A DNA stretch of 64,000 bases, from NCBI GenBank assembly GCA_963924565.1, contig OZ004610.1, positions 5,456,001 to 5,520,000 of the forward strand, written 5' to 3'. A model generated the notes under the pieces. That model searched no databases and was not told the origin of the DNA. It was given only the letters and a program-made list of their open reading frames with translations. Made by a program: the position numbers and the translations under genes. This DNA is from Ascidiella aspersa (lineage: Eukaryota). Of the stretch, positions 25,501-37,500 are shown in pieces (position 1 is the first letter of the stretch; the number at the start of each line of letters is the position of its first letter).

Positions 25501-28500
25501 AGTTAATTGTGAGATAAGTAAGCGGATTTGCGATTGGGATTTAATAAAACATTGCGTTTTCTTCTTTTCCCAGCTGATAACATGATTACCAAGGTCGCCA
25601 ACTTAAATGGGACCCCGCAGTCACCACCCACTAAGTTTTAATTTAAAAAAATAAGGCGTTGACTGGGCTTTGCGGCGTTGATTATTGCCTTCGCGAGTCG
25701 CCTGTCAGACTAGGACTAACCGCTAACTTCGCACGTCCAGCTAACCGCTGAGAATGGTCGGTTGTAGCGTCTTATTAAGCGTCTGAGACGTACAATTACG
25801 ACAGGAAGGTAAAAATTCATTTTGTCTTCACTGTTTTCGGCGCCCGACGACTTTAATGTTGTGTTGTGCGCGACCATAAACAGCGTATAGGTACCGCCCT
25901 GGCTAGACGGTGGCTTTTAAGTGGGCCTGTGTAAAGTTGTCACGGGAAAATAATCTAAGTGTAATTGCTCAATTGGCCGGCTTGTGTGCTTGTTTTGTGG
26001 GCAGGAAGTTCGTAACGGGGATGTTGATTAACGGGTATTATGACACTGCTAGGAAGGAAGTGTGATCATATCTAGCAATTACCTGTGATGTTATAACAAT
26101 TAAGTGACTGTTTCGCCATATTTGTCTTTCTGGAAAATTCTATTGAACAACACTTATAAAATCAACAACCACCGCAAAAATGTAAACGACGTCAATTTGT
26201 CCACGTCAATGCAAAAATTAAGATATTCTGTGGAAACTTTACTGTTGCGATTTTACTTATTTTGAATTATACATTTCCTGAGATTATGAATATTTTATGT
26301 TGAATACAATAGTTTTAATGTTTAGACTAAAGAGAAAACACTTTATTTAAGGCAGGCCTGACATTCCAGTTTACTTAGTTATAGTTACTTGAGTTTGCAT
26401 GTTGGGGAACACCCTTTGAGATTTAGTGGTAATTTGGGAAATACCCTGCTTCTCAATATGTAAATAATTTGGTTTTTAGTAAATTAATATGGTTATTGAA
26501 TGTAATAAATACACCCTGCAAGTACAAAACAAAAATCAAAGGTAAAAAGATTCCTAGTTTTTGGAGAGCTTGTCTAGCCTGTTATTTAAAAGATTGTCAT
26601 CTATATGGCCTATAAACTCATTTACCACACCTTGACTTCTACAATAAATGCTTTGGCATACCTTATACTGTCAAACGCTTATTATTAATTTATCCAAACC
26701 AATAGCCAGAACTAATTTGGTTAGAATATCAAAATACTGTCCTAGTCAAAACTACCACAATACTTGTTGTTAAGTTGTTCAGGAATGTGAAACACCGATT
26801 AACGCACACCGCAATTATTATGAAAACCACCACAATTTTAGAATTATTTTTGAAAATATGACTTCAGAAATATTGAATGGTTTTTAAATATATCTAAATA
26901 TCTGATTTCCCAAATGTATTTGTTGACATAATTATTTGTTGACATAACCAAATGTATTTGTTGACTGATTTAAACTCTTTAATTATGAAGTTTTTAAATT
27001 AATACCAATTTCTGTTTTATAGTCTGTGTCATATGGAATCTATAGTGGAGACTGCGGTGGACCCAAGATTTACTGTAATGCATCCAAAGGAGATCGGGTA
27101 AATACACAATAAGGTTACCTTTTCAAAGTACATCTATATATCATATTGTTCACACTGTGCTCTTTAATTTAGGGACCTCAAGGCTTTCCAGGTCTGGCTG
27201 GACCCCCAGGTCTTCCAGGATTTCCAGGCCCAGAAGGACCCCCAGGACCAAGAGGTTTAACTGTAAGTCTTCTTCGGTTAATGCAACCCTCTAAAACGAG
27301 GTCTTAGATTTGATATAACAATGTTTTGCTTGCTCATAATAGGGTGAAGATGGTCTTGATGGACAAGGTGGACAAAAAGGAGAAAGGGTAAGTCTGATTA
27401 AATCGTTGTGATTTGTAATTAGTTTTTTTACAACTGTATTGCTTGTTTTATCGCACGGTGTTTCACTTTACAATGTTTGTATGGCAGTTAATCTTTGTTT
27501 ATCACCACAGCATTTTATTAATCTTGGTTAACCATGTTTCAAATTTTGTAGGGTACTCAAGGACAACCTGGCTATCCTGGATCACCTGGTATTCCGGTAA
27601 TATTTCTAAAGACATCATGTTATTTTAATTTGATCAGTTTTTAGTTTATGACAAAAAATCTTTTTTAGGGTATTCCTGGTTTGCAAGGCCCCCCAGGAGA
27701 AGAAGGTATCCCAGGATGTAACGGAACTAAGGTACGCAAACACCCTCTTCTTTATGTAGTGATACGTTGTAATTTAAATCCACTACAAGGAAAACTTAAT
27801 TTAATATTAATTTCAGTAAGAATATTAAGACCTACAGAAGTGGGTATCATTTTGAACGTTTCGAATAACTCTTTATTCATTTTCAATATAGTCTGACTAT
27901 GATCCCTAGTTCTGTATGGCCTGTGATATTCTTACTACAACCTCCAACCATTATGCTCCAATATTTATTTTAACATAGGGAGAAACTGGACCTGTTGGTC
28001 CCGAAGGTCTTCCTGGAAAAATGGGAATTCATGGACGCCCAGGACGACAAGGATTCAAGGTTTGATTGGCAATCCTTGTTTTAAATAAGAAAAATTGTTT
28101 TAAATAAGAAAACATATTCAGTGAGCAATCAAACATTTGTCAGGTGTTTTATGTGTGATTTTTCAGGTGTTTTATTGTGACGTTTATATTTTAGGGAGAA
28201 CCTGGAGAGGTGATTAATCTTGTTGCTGGAACGAAAGGTGAACCAGGACTGGCTGGAAGGCCTGGACCAAGGGTAAAAACATTTTTCACTAGATATTTAC
28301 TAAATTTCTGTTGAAAATATTTACAAAAGACTCATCAGAATAATATGGAATAATTTTAAAGTATTTTTTTATTAGATATACGTATTTTATTCAATGTAAA
28401 AGACAAGTGTGTTTTATTTATAATGATGTAATCAGTTATAAATTTATCTTGTACGTAAAATAACTGACTTTAATATTAAATGCAAAAAAACGAAATTTTT

Positions 28501-31500
28501 TGTTGAAACGTTAAATAATAAAACTATTTTAATCTCACCCTTTTAATTTTAGGGATTTGAAGGTGTAATTGGTTTGCCTGGACCCATTGGACCATCAGGG
28601 CGTGCCGGTCCTCCTGTGAGTTAAATATGTGCTATTTGTTTGCTAGTTCTGTTCAATAAGGTTTGCTAAGTAAATTTTGTTTATTACCTTAGTCTTGTTG
28701 TTACTCTTAACCATGTATTTTTAAATGGTTTTAATATTCTTTTTAAGGGACCACCAGGACCTCAAGGCCTCACTGGGGAAAAGGTATATATAATTTATTG
28801 TACAAGTTTTTGCAGTGTTAAATAATTTGAACAGGATGAAACAACACCTTTTCTGTTTTAAATAGGGTACCATGGGCTTGGCCTTTGAAGGAGCCAAGGG
28901 AGAAAAGGTATGTTTTACATAAATATTATATATTAACATTATATTGATTTTAATAGTTTGGATTTACAACATAAGTATAACAATTTTAAAAACAAAGTAG
29001 CCATTTAAAACTCTTATTGTAAATAAAGCAACATTTAGCCAAATATGTATTGTTAATAACTTAATATAGTTGTTATTATAGGCCTACTACCAAGCAGGAT
29101 TGTCAAAAAGCCATTGCTATCTTATTAAACTTTGATGCAATCTTCTTAACAGCATTAACTGAATAAAATATAAAGTAATTCTTTTGCATGCCGCTAAATC
29201 GGTGATTGTAGTTCGCTTAATTTTTCCGCAATCTAATGCTCTAATGTTCTGCTGCAATTCAACACGCACTTTACGTAGCGCTGTGTACATATGCTACGAA
29301 TCAGGGCTGCGGAGTCGGTTAAAAACAACCCAAGTCCGACTTCCAAGTCCAACTCCGGCCAAAGAAATAAACCCGAGTCCGGCTTCCGAGTCCCGAGCCT
29401 GACTCCGGTCAAATGTGCGATTTTGTAGAGTCCCGAGTCCGGCCCTGACTCTACAGCCTATATTAAAATTTTCGTAACTAAATACGGTGTAAATTAAGCA
29501 TTTAACTTCATGGGTGTCATATAATTTATCCACTCACAATACATGGCTGGAAAATATTCCACTATATGCTATTCCACCTTTCCAGTTGGCGGCCATATCA
29601 GTTTAAAAGTTTGGTACTGTGCATGCGTATGTCGGACTCGGGACTCAGGTAGTTTTACGTAATCTTACTCGAGTCCCGATTCCGACTTCAGCAAAACAAA
29701 CCGACTCCTTGAATCCCGAGTCCCGAGTCCGACTCCGACTCCGCAGCCCTGCTACGAATCACTGCAATGAAAAACATCACCCGCCCTAATTGCCGTTGTG
29801 TTGTGTTTCTTTTTGCTTCTTGTAATGGCTGCTGCTTCCCTGCGCTGTGCATGGCTTAAATGAAGGGCGAAACCGGCGTTCCAGGATCGTCGGGAATCCA
29901 CAGCGACCTTGACGCCCAAACTGGCCGGAGCGAGAATTTCCTCGTGGGTGATTTAGCTTATGCCGTTGTCCAACCCCAATGCATGCGCCAACAAACCCCA
30001 AAGCGACAAATCATCGACTTGCAGACTTTCTCACCAACTTATGCTTCCTTGAGTGGTCGTTTTGACAATCCGATTTGGCCCGTTGCGTTCAAAGTTTGGC
30101 TTTTGCAGTGAAAAATACTCAGGTCCAATTGGTTTCCTACTTAAATCCAGCACACAACAAAATTTGACAAATTTCCAGTGTTGTTAGCAAGTCATTTTGA
30201 AAAGGCTTAAGTCCAAGTCAAGACATTTTTGTGAAAAAGTAACTCATTTCGAATTGACTTAAGTCACAGTCACTTGATTTGTAAAATAACTTAAGTCTAA
30301 GTCAAGTCATATGTAAATAAACTTAAATCTAAGTCAAGTCATATGTAAAATAACCTAAGTCCAAGTCAAGTCTTTTCAAAAAATAGAAAGTCTAACCCAT
30401 GTTTTTTAGCTCAATGACTCAAGTCCAAGTCAAGTCATTTGTTTAAAAATCTTAAGTCAAGTTAAGTCATTTGAAAACAGCGACTTAAGTCATATATTGA
30501 CTTACGTCATTACAACACTGCAAATTTGTATTTCAATTAAAAGCAGTAGGACGACCACTGCATTTTTTACTGTAAATGCCAAGCTTTGTGCGCCGAATCA
30601 CGACAAAGCAGCAATGATTTCCTGCATCACTGCTCCAAATGCAATACTCGAATAATTATTTTTTGACCCGTAAAAAATACTATAGTGGCACAATAAAGCG
30701 GAAAAAAACAGCAGCGACACAAGTGATTCTTGCTGCTTTTGCTTTGTGCTTCGTATTCGACAAAATCGGCAAACCATTAAGCGTATATGTCAACCTGATA
30801 GGGAGAAATGGGTACTTCCGGACCTCCAGGCCGCATAGAAGAAAGTAAACAGTCCCCGGAAGAGGATTTACCACTGACAACCGTAAGTTAACGCAGCAGC
30901 CAATAACATTGGACATGTATATCCACTTACGACAAGTACGGCTTCCCAAGTAGCGTTTATAGTGAGGCACGAAAAGTGTATGTGCGAGTTGGACAGGAGT
31001 ATGTTTTTGAAAGAAGTTCTGATCAGTGAGGAAAAGTTTAGTAAAAGTGAAGAGAACAAACGATAAACGCCTGTCGTCTATTTTAAAGTGTTGTCACAAT
31101 TCAAAAATGTAAGTCAAAGTGCGTAGCTTTACTTAATATCCAATTTTCGTAGATCATGCTTAAAGGGTCCAGAAATTTGTAGCGATGTGTGTTTTCAGCC
31201 GTTTTGATTTTTTTTAAAGATTTTAAGATAAACAAGTTATCACAAACTCTTGAAACTCCGTTAATTGTACACAGTCGAGTTGTTAAAAAATATTACAATA
31301 AAGTCGCTTTATTTGAAAGGAAAACAAAGGCAGGTCATATTCTGTTCAAGAAAAAGTTGTCACTGGATGCGGACATATTTCCGGAGCTCGTAAACGCTGC
31401 TGGCTCCTGCACAATCAATTAAGGCGCTGATTCGTAATTGCTGCTTTCGAAAATTGCCCGCTTCATTGAGCGTATAGCCCACTCGTGCAAGCGTAGAGTC

Positions 31501-34500
31501 ACGCAGCCTTTCGATTTGAAACCGAATTTCATGCGCCGAACTGTTTGCCGTTAGGGGACCAGGGGAATCCCAGGCACGCCAGGCCGAGACACCGACGACG
31601 CGTCCCAAAAGGCCGACGACGAAGTAGCCGTGAGTATGATAAAAATCGCAATTTGCTCACAATTGGTTAAGTATGAAGTTCTGGAAGGACAGGGTTGAGC
31701 ATTAATGCGAAAGAGAGAGGCCATGGAAAAAATAAGATATACTTCACATCACCGTAAATGTGTGCTTATGTAAAATAACAACAACGTGACGTAGGTGCTT
31801 TTATGGGTTTATCAGCTTTCTCGTTAGAAATTTCATTTTCAACAGTTGTTTAGGAAATGGTATATATAATGAGTAACAATTTTTAAAGTGCTGAATAAAA
31901 CTTTATATTTTGTATTTTTGTGTTTTTGTATGGCGAAAAACTTATTATGTTCTTTGGGGTTTGTTTGCCATGGTAAACTTCATTCTGTTTTCTAGCCTAC
32001 CTGTAAAAATACTATAGTTTAATTATAACGTTTGTAAGCATAAGTCGTAAAAACATTGTTAAACAAATGACCCTAAAAACAAAACCTATTTTTACATACC
32101 GTTAAACGCCTGTGTGCAGTAAAAATAAATAACGGCAGCTGGCACAAAATTAAACACTCCGCTTTTTTTGTTAAATTTGCAGGGGCCACCCGGACCAAAA
32201 GGAAAAGTGGTAAGTTTGTGTGTCTGGCTTGGTTCGTTGCCCGCTCTCAGCCGTCGTCTAACAAGCTTCTGTTTGTTTTCAGGGCGAAAAAGGCGAAGCC
32301 GGCGAAAAGGGAGACCGAGGAATTTCCGGCGAACCCGTAAGTCGCCTTTCTTCGTCGCAACAACTAACCACCTTATACAGGCCCAGTCGACTAGACGTTG
32401 TTTTTAGAGAGTGGTTCCCAAACTTTTTTATTCCGTGGCAGTGACGTAGCCAGCCGAAAATTTTTTTGGGGGGCCAAAAAGTTGGAATGTTTTGTTTAGC
32501 TCTTAGCATTTTATCAACTGCCGTAACGAACACAAGTAACAATGCCAGCAAACCGTTTTGAGCAGCAACTGACTGAGTGTTAAACGCAATACTCAAAAAA
32601 CAGTCAATGAGCAAAAACTGTCTGAAAGTAGTAAAAGTACATTAATGTATAGTAAATGTTATTATAACTACATCGTTATTGACGTAACAATGCCTGACAA
32701 TTGAAGGTGTGGCATGCCTGTGATCAAATGTTGTGGTACTGCTTATAAATGATACAAAACAAATTATTAAGAGTAAAATATTTATAAATTTTTTGGGGGG
32801 GCCATGGCCCCTCAGGCCCCCCCTGGCTACGCCTATGTTCCGTGGCCTAATTTTATTTCATAAAACAATTTGTGGCCCACCATGTGCCGTTACCTTTTTG
32901 TTATCCCAATTTACGCCTACATAGTCAGATAATTTCCCAATAAATACATTGATTCTAAGAACATCCAAATAATTTTTTTAGTTCTGGCTCATTTTTACAT
33001 TGGAATTAAATATCTTGATGACAATAAACTGAATTTAAAGTAAACTGACGTGCTAGCTGCGTAGCGAAACAAACATATGTGGTGAAATTTTGCCTTTAAG
33101 TATATAGTTTACAAATACCAAAAGATAGCCTCGTTCCTATTATAGTTTTAAACATGCTAACAGCTATTTTCGTAAAACATAACACATTTAGTTGCAATAT
33201 TTTCAAATAGCTCTATGGCCCAATGAAAATAGTCTTGTGGCCAACATCTGGGCCATGGCCCACAGTTTAGGAACCACTGTTTTAAGCTTAAGCAACTGGG
33301 CGTCATGAGCCCTAAAAACCGACACTTTGTCGCAAATTTACCTTTGAATTTATATAAAGTCGTTTTGTTTACCTGGGTTACTGTAAGAAGTATCCAAACA
33401 AGTTGTAGGGTTAAAAAATAAACCTTTCTTGTGAAGATTACTAAGTAGTCAATAGCTTACACGACGCTTTTTAACGTGTATTGTTGACACCTTATATTTA
33501 CGTAGAAACCATCTACGCTTCTTTGTAGCACTGCGTATTTTTGACCGACGGGTGTTATTCCATTTTTCGTTAATTTGTGGTACGCTTTCGAAGGTGATCC
33601 AAATGATTTTTATTTCAGGGTTACCAGGGTATGAAGGGCCAAAAAGGCGGAAAAGGCGAACGCGGCCCTCTTGGACCTCAGGTATACTTATAAGCTCCGT
33701 TCATGTTTGTACTTTTTTCGGTGTTTCCTTAACAAAACTGTAAACCTGTTTTTCCATTTCAGAGCACTAAGGTCGGCAAACCCGGAACACCTGGAACCAA
33801 CGGACTTCCCGTAAGTGTGTTTTAGTGGCCTTAATTGTTTAGCACGCTGATCAAACGCGCAAAGGGCGTACGAGCTTTACATTCGATTTAAGTTGTGAAG
33901 GCAAATAATTGCGAATTTGAAAAATGATTTTAATAGGCCCTGCCCAACAACGGAAACTGACCTATGTAGAGCGCAGTATATTTACTCTGCTCAACTAAGT
34001 TTTATACTTACTGAGCTCAACTTTTTTATATCAACTGTGCTCAACCTTTTTTAGATTTACTGTGCTAAACTTTTTTTATATTTTCTGTGCTCAACTTTGT
34101 TTTCAATTTACTGTGCTTAACTTTTTTTATCAAAAAACGCACCCAGACAGCTTCTTAGACGGTACAAAAAGCAAAAAGGAAGTAGTAAATAAAATCTGAC
34201 GCCCGTGGTTTGTTTTTCACAGGGCGAAAAAGGAAACCGAGGTTACCAGGGCTATCCGGGCAACGATGGACTGAAGGGCAGCAAGGGAGAAACAGGACCC
34301 ACTGGAACGCCAGGCTCAATCGGAATAACCGTAAGTCGTGTGGTGTCTTTAGATTTCAAAATCGGCCAGCTAACATACGAAATGCCAAAAAAATTACCTA
34401 ACCTTGTGCCTGAATCGTTAGGTTTTTTTGTGACTGATTACGTGAAAAAAAAACTTGTTTTTTGAACACGTGGTGTTTTTGTCCGAATTATTTATTTATT

Positions 34501-37500
34501 TATTTATTTTTTTCGCCAGTCAATTTTTTTGTGGCTCACTTTTGACAAAGGAAAAAAAACAGAGTTGGAACATGAAATTTTCACAACTGTTAGAGACCCT
34601 TCCGAAGTTGTTTCTCATTTCGTTATGTTTTCCTGTGTCTGATTTTGTTAAGTTTTCGCCCCATTTGCAGCTCCGTCATGGTTTTTTATGTTGGTTTTGT
34701 GAAAGTTGATGGATAACGCAAAACCAGGGCGTTGAATTTTCTTAAGCCGTTAAAAACGATTAGAAACCCAGAATGATAAGAATTGCCTTTAACCTTTTAT
34801 AAGTGAGATTAGGATATTTTCAGTCAAATTAACTGATGATGATACAAGTTCGTATTGAAACGTTTTAATCAAGATTACATTTACTCGACCTTTTTGGCCT
34901 TAATATTCATTAACGAGCTACATTGCAGATCTGTGCATAGAGTATAGTTAAACGTTAAAAACATATTGGTAGTAAACTGCAGGAGCCGTTTACTTTTGAG
35001 GTGGCTGTGTAAACTAAGGAAAAAATGCCGAGCAAAGTGTTTGACGCGGAATTTGTGGAATGCCGGTAGATTATTGTTTCAGCAGTTGGTCGCAAACGGC
35101 GGAATTTTCTTAACTCGCCCTTTGGCAAACTATAACTCCATATAGCGGGACGGTTTGCGATATATATAGACTGCGTGCCCGAAGCCACAAAAACGCAAGT
35201 TTACGATTTGATGTTCGTGCCGTTGCCCCTTCGATAGTTAACTGCAGGTGCTCGTATGCGCAATGCAAACAACTATGAAGTGCTTACCAGTGTTGTAATG
35301 ACTTAAGTAAGTCAATGACTTGACTCAATGACTTGACTTAAGTGAACTTAATCACTGTTTTCAAATGACTTGATTTGACTCAAGTCGTTTTGGTAAACCA
35401 ACTTGACTTGACTAAAGTTTTTTAGAAAAATGACTTGACTTGTACTTAAGTCACTGTTTTCAAATGAATTGATTACACTTGAGTTGTTTTGGTAAACCAA
35501 CTTGACTTAACTTAAGTTTTTTAGAAAAATGACTTGACTTGCACTTAAGTCATTCAAAAATGAATTGGGTTGAAATTAAGGGTTTTCATTTACCATTTTA
35601 TTATGAAATTGAGCTATTTAACGCAAGTTTTGCAGATGCAACGAATAGATTGCTACATTTGTTATTTTTTAGTTGTATTTTTGCTCAATCGGACGAACTT
35701 ATCCATTTTAATGGTTTATCGTTTTGTTATTATATTAGTGGCTTGACTTGGAGCTGTAATAATGACTTGACTGGGACTTAACTTGGGCAACTGATGACTT
35801 TGGACTGGGGTTGGCGATTTTAAGACTTGACTTGGACTTAGGTTATTTCACAAATTACCAGACTGGGATTTAAGTCATTTCGAAATGACTTGTTTACAAC
35901 ACCGGTATTTACGATTGTACAATTGTTCTTCCGGAAAAAAAAAAATATATAAAAATGCCAACGTTTTGACCACCTATACGGGCAATCTTCTTCAGGGCAA
36001 AATAATTCAAAACTAAAGGCATAATTTTTCCCAGAAGAAGATTGCCCGAATAGGTGGTCGAAACGTTGGCACTTTAATAAAATTTTGCCAGAAGAGCAAT
36101 TGTACAATTGAAACAATGCCTGGCAGTAACAGCATATTCACGGGTTTTTACATTATGTCCAACAGGGAGACAACGGTGAGCCGGGTCCAATCGGCTTGAA
36201 AGGGGAACCTGGCCACATGGGACCAAAAGGACCCATGGGCTTCGCCGGTGAAGACGGACTAGATGGCCCACCAGGCTCACCTGGCCTCCCCGGCCCGGGT
36301 GGCGAACAGGGACCCCCTGGACGCGCAGGATACGGACTGCAAGGACAGCCCGGTGAACCAGGACCACCCGGAAGTGCAGGTGCCTAGAGCTTTTTAAATC
36401 GTTTTAAAGAATGTGCAATGCCACGAATAGCGGTTATTTTCTTAAAAATAGTTTAAGTCTACTTAATGGTCCTAAATGTGCGATTTTTAACCACAAAAAA
36501 GTGTAGCGAATAGATAAGTGTTTAGCGCGTCTGAAACTTGTTTTTGTTTGCGTATATAAACAAGTAGATCTCAAAGTTTAAACTTTAAAAAATCGAACAT
36601 GTTTTTATGGTAATATTGCTTGTTTCTACAATTACGTTCTATTGGCAATTGGTTTCGTTTGAATATACTTTAATTTAAATGTATAATTCTTATACCAGCC
36701 TCGCTTTCCCCAAACCTTAGAATTGATAAACCTCCCTTTAAAATTCATCCATTTTCAATTTTTAACAACTAGTCAATTAATTTTTCGGTTGTATGTTATC
36801 ACTTTAAATTGTAGAACGAGGGTTGTTGCGTCATAATCAGTTATCGCGCTACGCTGTCACGTGACTTCTAAAAACGGAAAAAAAAATAAATCGGAAATTC
36901 TGTTTTTTAACTCACGTTTTTCCAATTGCAGGCCTTCCCGGCAGCCACGGACCACAGGGCCTGAAAGGCGCCGTGGGCGAGAAGGGTCAAGACGGCCTAA
37001 GTGTGGTCGGACCGCCCGGCCAAGACGGTCGAGTAGGCCAAGCCGGCCGCCCGGGACGCCCTGGCCCCTCTGGCCCGCCCGGAGAGCCCGGCGCCGACGC
37101 CGAGATTACCCATGAAATGATGGACAAAATGGTGACTCCCGGAGAGACAGGCCGTCCAGGCCCGCCTGGCCCACCTGGCCGCCCAGGACCCCCCGGATTT
37201 CAAGGTTGGTGACTTTTGACTCAACAGTTTGTCAAAGATGGCTGACCTCTCAAATAGCAGCTTGCCATTCAGGACAACCTGTGAAAACAGTTCACTGTTT
37301 TTGAAAAAAGTGACTCCGTGATTTCTTTTTCTGTTTGTTAAACAAAGAGGTAAAACAAGTGGATGGTTGTAAGATGTAGTAAGAATATCAAAGCCCATAC
37401 AGAGTCTCATGCAGAAACATCAGATGTTGAAAATGAATAGGGCGTTATTCGAAACGTCCAAAATGATAGCTACTTCTGTATGGGCTTTATAATTTTTACT

